Shown here: positions 18,841 to 26,915 of the stretch, piece after piece
Numbering within the stretch: position 1 is the first letter of the stretch
How the letters are laid out: each line of letters opens with the position of its first letter
Assembly: GCA_045614345.1 (NCBI GenBank)
Contig: JAZLCR010000019.1
Span: 1 to 50,707, forward strand
Origin: Candidatus Onthoplasma sp.
GTDB taxonomy: Bacteria > Bacillota > Clostridia > Christensenellales > UBA1242
Direction of reading: 5' to 3'
DNA: 50,707 nt
Notes under the pieces: generated by a model
The model's database searches: none
What the model was told of the DNA's origin: nothing
Seen by the model: only the letters and a program-made list of their open reading frames with translations
Program-made: the position numbers and the translations under genes

Positions 18841-18883
18841 GTTATAATTTATCTCCTCTTTATGATAAGTAGTTATTAAATCA

Positions 18884-19729
18884 TTAAATTCTTGCGGTGC
18901 AGCCCAATTCAGGCATTGGCATATTATACCTTTCACAAACAAACTCCATATCACGTTCGGTTACACCAAGTTTTGTTAAAGCCAAAAAATATCTTTCCAA
19001 ACATTTAGCCGCAACATTTTGAGAAAATTCTAGTTCTTCAGATGTTTTAAGATACTTGTCATACACACCACCAAATAGATGTCTAAAAGGTGTGAGTGTA
19101 TATAGAATAAATTCCTCATGTGTTACTTCACCATTTGCATCAACCTTATCAAATAATGTTTCACTTGTGAAAAAATTTAAATCTATAAAGCAAAAACCCT
19201 TTTTTTCATCATAGAAAAAGTTTGATTCTTTGCTTGGATCAACCTGAACTTTACCATCTGTTATAGCTTTAAAATCTGACACCCACTTGTCGTAGTGTTC
19301 TTGTGGAATAGTATCTAGTAATTTTATGTAATCTAAAACGATTTTTCGGCACTCCTCTTCAGATTTGTGTTTTAATTCACTCCTCACATGCAACAACTCT
19401 TTCCCAGGAGCTTTTTCTTGCACAATATAGCCCTTATCGTATCTTTTACCACTATCGTAGATTTGACCAAGTTCAATAATTCCATAACCCAAAATAGGAA
19501 CAACATTGACACCTTTTTTCTTTAAATCCTGCAGAGCATTTATCATTTTTGTAAAAGAATCATCATGCCCCGGAATATTGCTAGTTCTTAAAATCGCATA
19601 ATTGTCAATTATCGCACATTTACTGTTAGATCCACCCTTATTAAATTCAGAACTTTCAGCTTTCTTTAAAAGTTCATCAAATATAACTTTATCAATATGC
19701 GGTGTGTAACTATGTTTTAACTCACTCAT
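18884..19729 (-). CDS. hypothetical protein with protein-kinase-like (APH/ChoK-like) features
   Basis: 281 aa. YIVQEKAPGKEL resembles a hinge region, and VDPSKESN followed by FCFIDLNF resembles a catalytic-loop D..K..N plus a metal-binding D. This is a weak by-eye call. Confidence 0.4.
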   Translation of the reverse strand: MSELKHSYTPHIDKVIFDELLKKAESSEFNKGGSNSKCAIIDNYAILRTSNIPGHDDSFTKMINALQDLKKKGVNVVPILGYGIIELGQIYDSGKRYDKGYIVQEKAPGKELLHVRSELKHKSEEECRKIVLDYIKLLDTIPQEHYDKWVSDFKAITDGKVQVDPSKESNFFYDEKKGFCFIDLNFFTSETLFDKVDANGEVTHEEFILYTLTPFRHLFGGVYDKYLKTSEELEFSQNVAAKCLERYFLALTKLGVTERDMEFVCERYNMPMPELGCTARI

Positions 19730-19838
19730 ATTATCCGCTCCTTTACCTACATTCTACCACAAAAAATAAAAACAGAGAAAAATATTTTGGCTATTATTAT
19801 TTAACTTTGACTATATCAATTTACTTTTATCAATTAAA

Positions 19839-20456
19839 TTAACTGCAAAAAATGTCAACAAATTCTTTACAGTTGTCCGCCACCAAAAACATTTCATCAG
19901 TTTCATGATCACACCAATATATAGATGTTTTTTCGCCTGCAATGTCAAAATACATCGCCCCACCGTCTTCAGTCCACGCAAACAATATAAATCCCGGTTT
20001 TGCCCAATCTATATGCTTGTTAACTTCTTGTATATCTAACGTCACATCTTCAGCTTTAAACAAGCACACATCACTAATTATCAAAAAACTGGCAATACCA
20101 TTCACCTCAAATTTTTTAGCAACTATTGAATTTATATTTTTATAAATTTCACAGATTTCTTTTGATAAACTTGAAATCTTCTTGTCTGTGAACCCTAACT
20201 TTTTTAAATAATCACACAATTCTTTATTGAACTTCTTTATAGGAATTTTTATCGGATCAATATCCCATATTATTTTGCCAGATAATATATCTTTATCAAA
20301 TTCGCTTAAGTCTTCATATTCCGCGCTTATCAATCTTTCAATTAATTCATCTTCAAAACAATTCGCTTTGACTTCATTAATAAAAGTTTGAGAGATTTGT
20401 CCTTTTTCTAATTTATTTGAAAATCTTTCATCTTTTAATAATTCCTCGAATTTCAT
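19839..20456 (-). CDS. SMI1/KNR4 (SUKH-1)-like protein
   Basis: 205 aa. The C-terminal GFILFAWTEDGGAMYFDIAG...IYWCDHETDEMFLVADNCKEFVD matches the usual SUKH signature, recalled from memory of the family. Confidence 0.45.
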   Translation of the reverse strand: MKFEELLKDERFSNKLEKGQISQTFINEVKANCFEDELIERLISAEYEDLSEFDKDILSGKIIWDIDPIKIPIKKFNKELCDYLKKLGFTDKKISSLSKEICEIYKNINSIVAKKFEVNGIASFLIISDVCLFKAEDVTLDIQEVNKHIDWAKPGFILFAWTEDGGAMYFDIAGEKTSIYWCDHETDEMFLVADNCKEFVDIFCS

Positions 20457-20551
20457 TTTTGTCTCCTACTTACGAATATAGTAACATAAAAAATAAAAAA
20501 TGTATACACATTTATTAGAATTTGCATACAGTTCTTAAAAAATATTAAATT

Positions 20552-20790
20552 TTCTTGATTGCCTATCCACATTCAACACAACCCTAATAGCTTACATGAA
20601 CGCAACAAACTTGTTGAACCCGCAGAGTTTTTGGACCCATGAACACTGGTTGCGAAATGGGGAAAGGAAAAACCGAGTGTTAAGCGAATGTGCGAACTTG
20701 CAGAGCACAAGCAAGACAAACGAGAGTTTTGACGCGGGTAATCCTGTTGGTGGAATTGAGCCTCTTAACATCAGTTATTGCACTATGAAT
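20552..20790 (-). pseudogene. decayed duplicate of the ftsW (SEDS) 3' end
   Basis: 20561-20624 aligns with 21908-21972, and 20737-20765 aligns with 21988-22020, both at roughly 75-80% identity by eye. The flank beyond the stop also matches (20490-20555 versus 21841-21890). The copy has a 1-nt deletion (frameshift), in-frame stops and about 110 nt of extra sequence. Confidence 0.7.
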
Positions 20791-21793
20791 TCCGCATTAG
20801 TTCTTTTAATATCTTTTTTGCATCGGTTGGGAAACAACCTTTAGCATCAGGACCTATATTAACTAAGTAATTAATCTGTAAATTTTCACATAATTTTTTA
20901 TTTCTTTGTAATAATCTTAAATCTTTCCATATTGGGAATTTAGTGTATCCCCAAGATTGATTTAGTGTTTGACAAACTTCATACAAGCCAGACTCCGAAT
21001 ATTTTATTCCATTTATATCATTGTCTTTTGAATTTATATTTTGCAATTGTTCTTTTGATGAAGGTATTTCATTGTCACCAAAAGAAACATAATCGTATTT
21101 GCCATTGCCTAGCCTTGAATTAATTAAACAATTTGGTTGATATCTTTTTACTAAATTATAAATCTCTTCACTCTGTGCTTTCGAAAGAGTAAACGGGATA
21201 TCAAACCAAGCCACCGATATTTCTCCATAATTTGTCATTAATTCTTCAATCTGAAGCAAGCACTTCTCTGTAAAATACTTATTAAAATCTTTGCAATTAT
21301 TGTCAAAATCCCAATCATTAGTCCAAGAAGTTCCAGCACAATCAACTACCGGCGTATTATATCCGCCACCATCTTTTTCGTGCCAATCTAGGTCTTGCGA
21401 ATAATATATTCCCAATTTCACACCTGCTTTTTTGCAGGCATTGGAAAGTTCTTTTAAAATATCCCTCTTAAAATTAGTTTTCTTAACAATATTATAATCA
21501 CTAACCTTAGAATCAAACATAGCAAAACCATCGTGATGTTTTGCTGTAAATACAATGTATTTAAATCCACTATCTTTTGCAAATTTTACCCACTCTTCCG
21601 CATCAAATTTTTTAGGATTAAAATTATTTGCAATATTAAGCATTTCTTCATTACCTATTTTTAAATACGATTGTATCCACTCTGCATAATTGCCACACTT
21701 CACCCCTTTGTATTCTCCACCAAGCACAGAGTATAAGCCAAAGTGTATAAATAAACCATATTTTGCTTTTTTAAACCAATCAAAATTATTCAT
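20783..21793 (-). CDS. alpha-L-fucosidase (GH29)
   Basis: AKYGLFIHFGLYS, AEWIQ, FNPKKFDAEEWVKFAKDSGFKYIVFTAKHHDGFAMFDS are GH29 hallmarks. No signal peptide. The ATG at 21791-21793 with AGGAAA upstream is preferred over the track start 21847. Confidence 0.88.
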   Translation of the reverse strand: MNNFDWFKKAKYGLFIHFGLYSVLGGEYKGVKCGNYAEWIQSYLKIGNEEMLNIANNFNPKKFDAEEWVKFAKDSGFKYIVFTAKHHDGFAMFDSKVSDYNIVKKTNFKRDILKELSNACKKAGVKLGIYYSQDLDWHEKDGGGYNTPVVDCAGTSWTNDWDFDNNCKDFNKYFTEKCLLQIEELMTNYGEISVAWFDIPFTLSKAQSEEIYNLVKRYQPNCLINSRLGNGKYDYVSFGDNEIPSSKEQLQNINSKDNDINGIKYSESGLYEVCQTLNQSWGYTKFPIWKDLRLLQRNKKLCENLQINYLVNIGPDAKGCFPTDAKKILKELMRNS

Positions 21794-21884
21794 TAATATT
21801 TTCCTACCTACATTAGGTATACAATAAAAACAAAAAAAAGTATACAAAATCCTTGCACTTTGTATACTTTTACATTAAAAATTT

Positions 21885-22988
21885 TTAAATTTTAGTTTTC
21901 CTACTCTGCCTATCCACATTCAGCACAACCCCGATGGCACTCATAAAAACAAGCAAACTTGTTGAACCTGCACTAATGAACGGAAGCGGCAATCCAGTTG
22001 GCGGAATTGAGCCAGTTACAACTGCAATATTTAGTACGGCTTGAATTGCAATTATTGCACCAATTCCAAAGCAAAGAAATGCAGAAAATTTGTTGTTTGC
22101 TTTCATGCCAGCTTTGAAAATGTTTATGATTAGCGTTAAAAATACCAACATTAATAAAACACAGCCAACAAAACCCAATTCTTCAGCAATTATTGAGAAG
22201 ATGAAGTCACTTTCACTAAATGGCAAAAATAATTGAGCTTGACGAGAATTAAACAAGCCAACACCCCAAACTCCACCACTTCCAATTGCATAAAGAGATT
22301 GAATGAGTTGATAACCTTCGTCAAGCGGATTTTCCCAAGGATTTAAAAATGCCACCAATCTATTTAATCTATACGGCTCAATCAAAATAAGCAAGGCAAC
22401 AAGTGCTATTGCTGGAACGATCATTATTCCAAAAACTTTCAAGCGCAACCCACCAACAAATAGCATGAAAATTAGTGTGAATGCAACGCACATTGTGATG
22501 CTCATGTTTGGCTCCAGCATAATCAACAAGCAATATGCCCCACCAAGACTAAGTGTGATTATTATGTGTTTTAATTTGCTAAGTTTGTCGCCATCTGCCA
22601 AATAACCCGCTAAGAAGAACACCAAACAAAATTTGGCAATTTCACTAGGCTGCATTGTGAAGCTGCCAATTCCAATCCAACGCGTTGCGCCATAACTTGT
22701 TTTCCCAAGTCCTGGAATAAAAACCAAAATCAAAAAAAACAATCCAATAAAATAGAAAATCCAATAAAATTTCTTATAAATTTTGTGATTGACAAATGAA
22801 CAAACAGCTAGACCTATTAAGCCAATTGCAACACCCATTATTTGTTTTTTGAGATAGAAAAATTCATTTCCATATTGAGACATCGCTGAATGTTTGCTGG
22901 CACTATAAACCATAACACAACCAAAAACCACCAATAAAATTGTGCAACTTAAAATGATTATGCTATTTTTTTGCGTTTTTAATTTCAT
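21885..22988 (-). CDS. ftsW: SEDS-family peptidoglycan glycosyltransferase FtsW
   Basis: 367 aa with about 10 TM helices. Motifs GATRWI, QPSEIAK, SDFIFSIIAEELG, PPTGLPLPFISAGSTS. Lies downstream of murD. Confidence 0.9.
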   Translation of the reverse strand: MKLKTQKNSIIILSCTILLVVFGCVMVYSASKHSAMSQYGNEFFYLKKQIMGVAIGLIGLAVCSFVNHKIYKKFYWIFYFIGLFFLILVFIPGLGKTSYGATRWIGIGSFTMQPSEIAKFCLVFFLAGYLADGDKLSKLKHIIITLSLGGAYCLLIMLEPNMSITMCVAFTLIFMLFVGGLRLKVFGIMIVPAIALVALLILIEPYRLNRLVAFLNPWENPLDEGYQLIQSLYAIGSGGVWGVGLFNSRQAQLFLPFSESDFIFSIIAEELGFVGCVLLMLVFLTLIINIFKAGMKANNKFSAFLCFGIGAIIAIQAVLNIAVVTGSIPPTGLPLPFISAGSTSLLVFMSAIGVVLNVDRQSRKTKI

Positions 22989-24273
22989 AGTCTTTCACCA
23001 AGTAATTGAAATGCTTTCCACGTTCAACATAACTTGAATATTGATCGTAACTCGCACTCGCTGGAGACAATAAAATTGTGTCGTTAGGTTTTGCCTGCTC
23101 AACAGCATAGTTAAACGCTTCGGTTAAATCTTTAACTTTTTGAATTTTAAACTTATTGTCGTTGGCTAAAAGCAACTGATTTGCAATTTCTCCAAAAACA
23201 ATCAATTGCCTTACTCTTCTAGATAACTTTTTAAACATTTGTGAATAATCCAACTCCTTATTTGAACCACCAAGAAGCAAAATTATTGCGCCTTTAACCG
23301 TTTCAACACTAGCCAATGTTGAGGCAATGTTTGTCGACTTGCTATCGTTAATAAAATTGATTTGATTTATTCGCCCCAAATTCTGAATTCTAAACTGTTC
23401 AGATTCAAGATTTAACAAAACATTTCTAATTTGATGCGGTTTTATTTTATAGATATATGCAAAACATATTGCACACATAATATTGTAAATATTGTGTTTA
23501 CCCTTTAATTTCAATTCGTTTAAAGAAATAATATTTTCATTATGCAAAAAAATCGATCCACCAACAACTCTAACATCAGCAATTTTATTATATGAATATG
23601 TAATGATTTTAGAATTTTCTTTTGGTTTTATGTTTAAATCTAAATTCACAACAGCATAATCACTAGGTTTTAAATTCTTAAATATGCTCTTTTTTAGTTC
23701 TGAATATTCTTCCATTGTTTTGTGTCTGATTAAGTGATCTTGCTCAATATTGGTTACTGTGGTAACGTGGGGCGAAAAAGTTTCAGCATACTCAAGCATA
23801 AACGAACTAACCTCTGCAACCTTTATGCTTTTCCCACTCTCCAAAACAGCCCTTGACAAAGGGTATCCAATGTTTCCGCAGGCGATTGCTTTATATTTGG
23901 CCTGCAAAAGAGCTGTGATTATTTTCACTGTTGTTGTTTTGCCATTGGTTCCCGTTACCGCCACTAAATTTTTACAAAATTGCGACGCAAACTCAAGTTC
24001 GCTATAAATTTTCTTACCTAGTTTTTTTGCAAAACTCAAAAATTGATTATCTTTTCCAATTGATGGCGACACAACCAAGAAATCAAATTGCACTATTAAG
24101 TTCTCATTTAATTCCTTCAAAACATAACACTTTGATATCTTGTTTTTATTTAAAACTTCTGGATTGTCATCAAACAAAAATACATTGGCTTTGTTCTTAA
24201 CTAGAAGTTTTGCCACCCACTCTCCACTTAAACTCATTCCATAAACTAAAACATTTTTATATTTAAATGACAT
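22963..24273 (-). CDS. murD: UDP-N-acetylmuramoylalanine--D-glutamate ligase
   Basis: VAVTGTNGKTTT P-loop, Mur ligase middle and C-terminal domains, position between mraY and ftsW. AGGTGA SD. Confidence 0.93.
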   Translation of the reverse strand: MSFKYKNVLVYGMSLSGEWVAKLLVKNKANVFLFDDNPEVLNKNKISKCYVLKELNENLIVQFDFLVVSPSIGKDNQFLSFAKKLGKKIYSELEFASQFCKNLVAVTGTNGKTTTVKIITALLQAKYKAIACGNIGYPLSRAVLESGKSIKVAEVSSFMLEYAETFSPHVTTVTNIEQDHLIRHKTMEEYSELKKSIFKNLKPSDYAVVNLDLNIKPKENSKIITYSYNKIADVRVVGGSIFLHNENIISLNELKLKGKHNIYNIMCAICFAYIYKIKPHQIRNVLLNLESEQFRIQNLGRINQINFINDSKSTNIASTLASVETVKGAIILLLGGSNKELDYSQMFKKLSRRVRQLIVFGEIANQLLLANDNKFKIQKVKDLTEAFNYAVEQAKPNDTILLSPASASYDQYSSYVERGKHFNYLVKDYEIKNAKK

Positions 24274-24345
24274 ATCTCACCTACTTAATCTTATTTTTTT
24301 ATCAATCAAATATTACATATTCTCCATAAAAAACATGATTTTTCA

Positions 24346-25341
24346 TTAAATGATATAGAAAATAATAGTTAAAACCCCCAAACATGCGGTAACAGCAGAA
24401 TAAATTGCAACAATTTTAGGCTCAGTCATTCCACTCATCTGCAAATGGTGATGAAATGGCGCCATTTTGAATATTCTCTTTTGGGTAAGTTTAAATGAAG
24501 CTACTTGCAAAATTACCGATATCGCACTAAAAACAAAACAAAATCCCAATACTGGAATCAACAACTCTTGCCCTAAAATGCAGGCACTTGCACCAATATA
24601 ACCTCCCAAACAGAGTGATCCCGCATCCCCCATGAAAATAGACGCTTTGTTGGTATTAAACATTAAAAATCCTAACACTGATCCAATAAATAACATACTT
24701 AGTGTGCTAATATCTCTCATATTTTGAATAATTTCACCAGTCTCACCCAAGTTATAAAGTCTGTCACCTAAAAACAAAATTAAAATCGTGAAAAAAATCA
24801 AATAAATATTAGTAACATTTCCAGCAAGACCGTCCAAGCCATCTGTTAAATTTACACTGTTTGTTGTTGCGACCATAACAAGAACAATAAGCGGAATAAT
24901 CCACAATCCAATATCGATGGTTTTCTCACTAAACGGCAAAAAAATTTTGCCACCTTGAGTGGAAAAATAAATAAATACCGCAAAAATAATAGACAAACCA
25001 ACTTGTCCAATAATTTTTTGATACGCCCTAAGACCCAAGTTTTGCTTGAATTTAATTTTCAAAAAATCATCCATAAAACCAAGCACTCCAAAAAATATGC
25101 TAATAAGCAAAACCATGAACCACATAATATTAAATTTCAAAAAAAGAAACGAAAGGATTAGTGTGGTTAGCATAAAAACCACACCACCCATAGTTAACGT
25201 TCCGTTTTTTTCTTTATGGTTTTCAACATAACCCAATATGGTTTGTGACGCTTGTTTTCTCCTCATAATATTGATAATTACTGGCATCAAAACAATCGAA
25301 ACCACAAAAGAACAGATAAATGCAAGCAAAGTTATAATCAT
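24346..25341 (-). CDS. mraY: phospho-N-acetylmuramoyl-pentapeptide transferase
   Basis: Polytopic protein with NSVNLTDGLDGLA, MGDAGSL and APFHHH motifs. ATGA overlap with murE. Confidence 0.95.
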   Translation of the reverse strand: MIITLLAFICSFVVSIVLMPVIINIMRRKQASQTILGYVENHKEKNGTLTMGGVVFMLTTLILSFLFLKFNIMWFMVLLISIFFGVLGFMDDFLKIKFKQNLGLRAYQKIIGQVGLSIIFAVFIYFSTQGGKIFLPFSEKTIDIGLWIIPLIVLVMVATTNSVNLTDGLDGLAGNVTNIYLIFFTILILFLGDRLYNLGETGEIIQNMRDISTLSMLFIGSVLGFLMFNTNKASIFMGDAGSLCLGGYIGASACILGQELLIPVLGFCFVFSAISVILQVASFKLTQKRIFKMAPFHHHLQMSGMTEPKIVAIYSAVTACLGVLTIIFYII

Positions 25342-26795
25342 GCTTTCATCTCTCTTTTAAGTGCGTATTTAAAATAATTATCAACAACATCGTAATCACT
25401 AAAATTAATTTTTTCACCTTTAATTTCTTGATAGGACTCTGCTCCTTTGCCTAAAATTGCCACAATATCATTTGTGTTTGCAATACTTAATGCATATTCA
25501 ATTGCAGACTTTCTATCTGTTATTCTCACAATATTTTTAGCACTTAGATTTTGAACAATGTCATCTATAATCATTTCTGGATTTTCATCTCTTGGGTTAT
25601 CACTCGTTACAATTACATAATCGCTCAATTCTGATGAGATTTCTCCCATTTCACTTCTTTTTGTTTTATCTCTATTCCCACCACATCCAAAAACAGTGAT
25701 TATTTTATTATGTGGCAGCTTTTTCATTGCAGTCAAAATATTTTTAATTCCATCTGGAGTATGCGCATAATCAATAACAACTTTAAAATCTGAATCGGTT
25801 TTTAAAACATTAAATCTTCCAGGAACAACAAATTCAGTTGTTTTAATAATATTAAGCACATCTTTTAAATTAAACCCAAGATTTATTAAAACCGCTGTAG
25901 CCATCATAATATTTGATATGTTATAATCTCCAATCAAGTTAGTGGAACACGAAAATTGTTTTGATTTGTGTTCAAGTTTAAAACTTGTACCTTTCAATTG
26001 TCCAAACGACGAAACCAAACTCAAATCCGCATCCTTTCCAATTGTGGTTATTTCAATATTTGATTTTTTTGCAATCTCTTTATTAAATTTTGCATCAACA
26101 TTAACAACCCCACTCTTCGCATGGCTAACATCAAGAAGACTGGCTTTACACCTAACATAACTTTCCATGTTTAAGAAAAAATCCAAATGATCTTTTGTTA
26201 TGTTTGTTAATCCAACAACATCATAGATTATATTGTCAATTTTATTTAACGCAATCGCATGAGCGCTAACTTCCATTATACAGTATTCACATCCATTATT
26301 TTCCATATCCTTAATTGTTTTATGAAGATTTATTGGATCTGGCGTTGTAAGCATTGCTGGCAACATTAAACTGTTAATAAAAATCCCTTCAGTTCCAATA
26401 AGACCAACCTTTTTACCCATTTGCATTAAAATTTCCCTTAATAAAAATGTGGTGGTAGTTTTTCCATTGGTTCCCGTAATTCCAACAAACTTCATTTTTG
26501 ATACGTTTGTTTCATAAAAAATCGAACTAATATAAGACATAGCCTCTCTAACATTCTCAACTAGGATTTGTGTGTTTGGCAAATCTAAATATTTTTCAAC
26601 AACCAAGCAAACAGCACCATTTTTAATGCTTTCATTTGCGTAGTTGTGTCCGTCTGACTGTAAACCTTTAATGCAAAAATAGATTCCATTTGTTAATTTT
26701 TCTCGACTATCACAACTAAGCGAATCAATTTCTAATTCTTGATAATTTTTTATCCCTAAAAATTTTAAATTTGAAATGATATCATATAGTTTCAT
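25338..26795 (-). CDS. murE: UDP-N-acetylmuramoyl-tripeptide synthetase MurE (DNPR motif, probably meso-DAP adding)
   Basis: GITGTNGKTTT, a Mur ligase fold and TSDNPRDENP. The ATG at 26793-26795 lies 5 nt after AAGGGG and is preferred over the GTG at 26801. Confidence 0.92.
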   Translation of the reverse strand: MKLYDIISNLKFLGIKNYQELEIDSLSCDSREKLTNGIYFCIKGLQSDGHNYANESIKNGAVCLVVEKYLDLPNTQILVENVREAMSYISSIFYETNVSKMKFVGITGTNGKTTTTFLLREILMQMGKKVGLIGTEGIFINSLMLPAMLTTPDPINLHKTIKDMENNGCEYCIMEVSAHAIALNKIDNIIYDVVGLTNITKDHLDFFLNMESYVRCKASLLDVSHAKSGVVNVDAKFNKEIAKKSNIEITTIGKDADLSLVSSFGQLKGTSFKLEHKSKQFSCSTNLIGDYNISNIMMATAVLINLGFNLKDVLNIIKTTEFVVPGRFNVLKTDSDFKVVIDYAHTPDGIKNILTAMKKLPHNKIITVFGCGGNRDKTKRSEMGEISSELSDYVIVTSDNPRDENPEMIIDDIVQNLSAKNIVRITDRKSAIEYALSIANTNDIVAILGKGAESYQEIKGEKINFSDYDVVDNYFKYALKREMKA

Positions 26796-26915
26796 AAACA
26801 CCCCTTTTCGAGTTTTAAACCCTTTCGATTAATTTATCATAAAAGACATATAAACTTTTTATGCCAGCAAAATAAGACAAAACTTATCATTAATTTTCAA
26901 AAAACATATTTTCTC

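Noticed and set aside
18841-18954. Long N-terminal extensions in the ORF track (also 3252-3296, 15861-15902, 18235-18285, 21794-21847, 30367-30423, 35635-35658, 41349-41363, 12445-12507)
   Set aside because: In most of these cases an internal start codon is preceded by a proper SD at 5-8 nt and yields an N-terminus typical for the family. The extensions overlap upstream genes or lack any SD.
20596-20844. Plus-strand 82-aa ORF in the ftsW-ghost region
   Set aside because: It runs antisense across the decayed ftsW fragment and into the 3' end of the fucosidase gene. There is no SD. The open frame is best explained by the locally higher G+C of the ghost insert.
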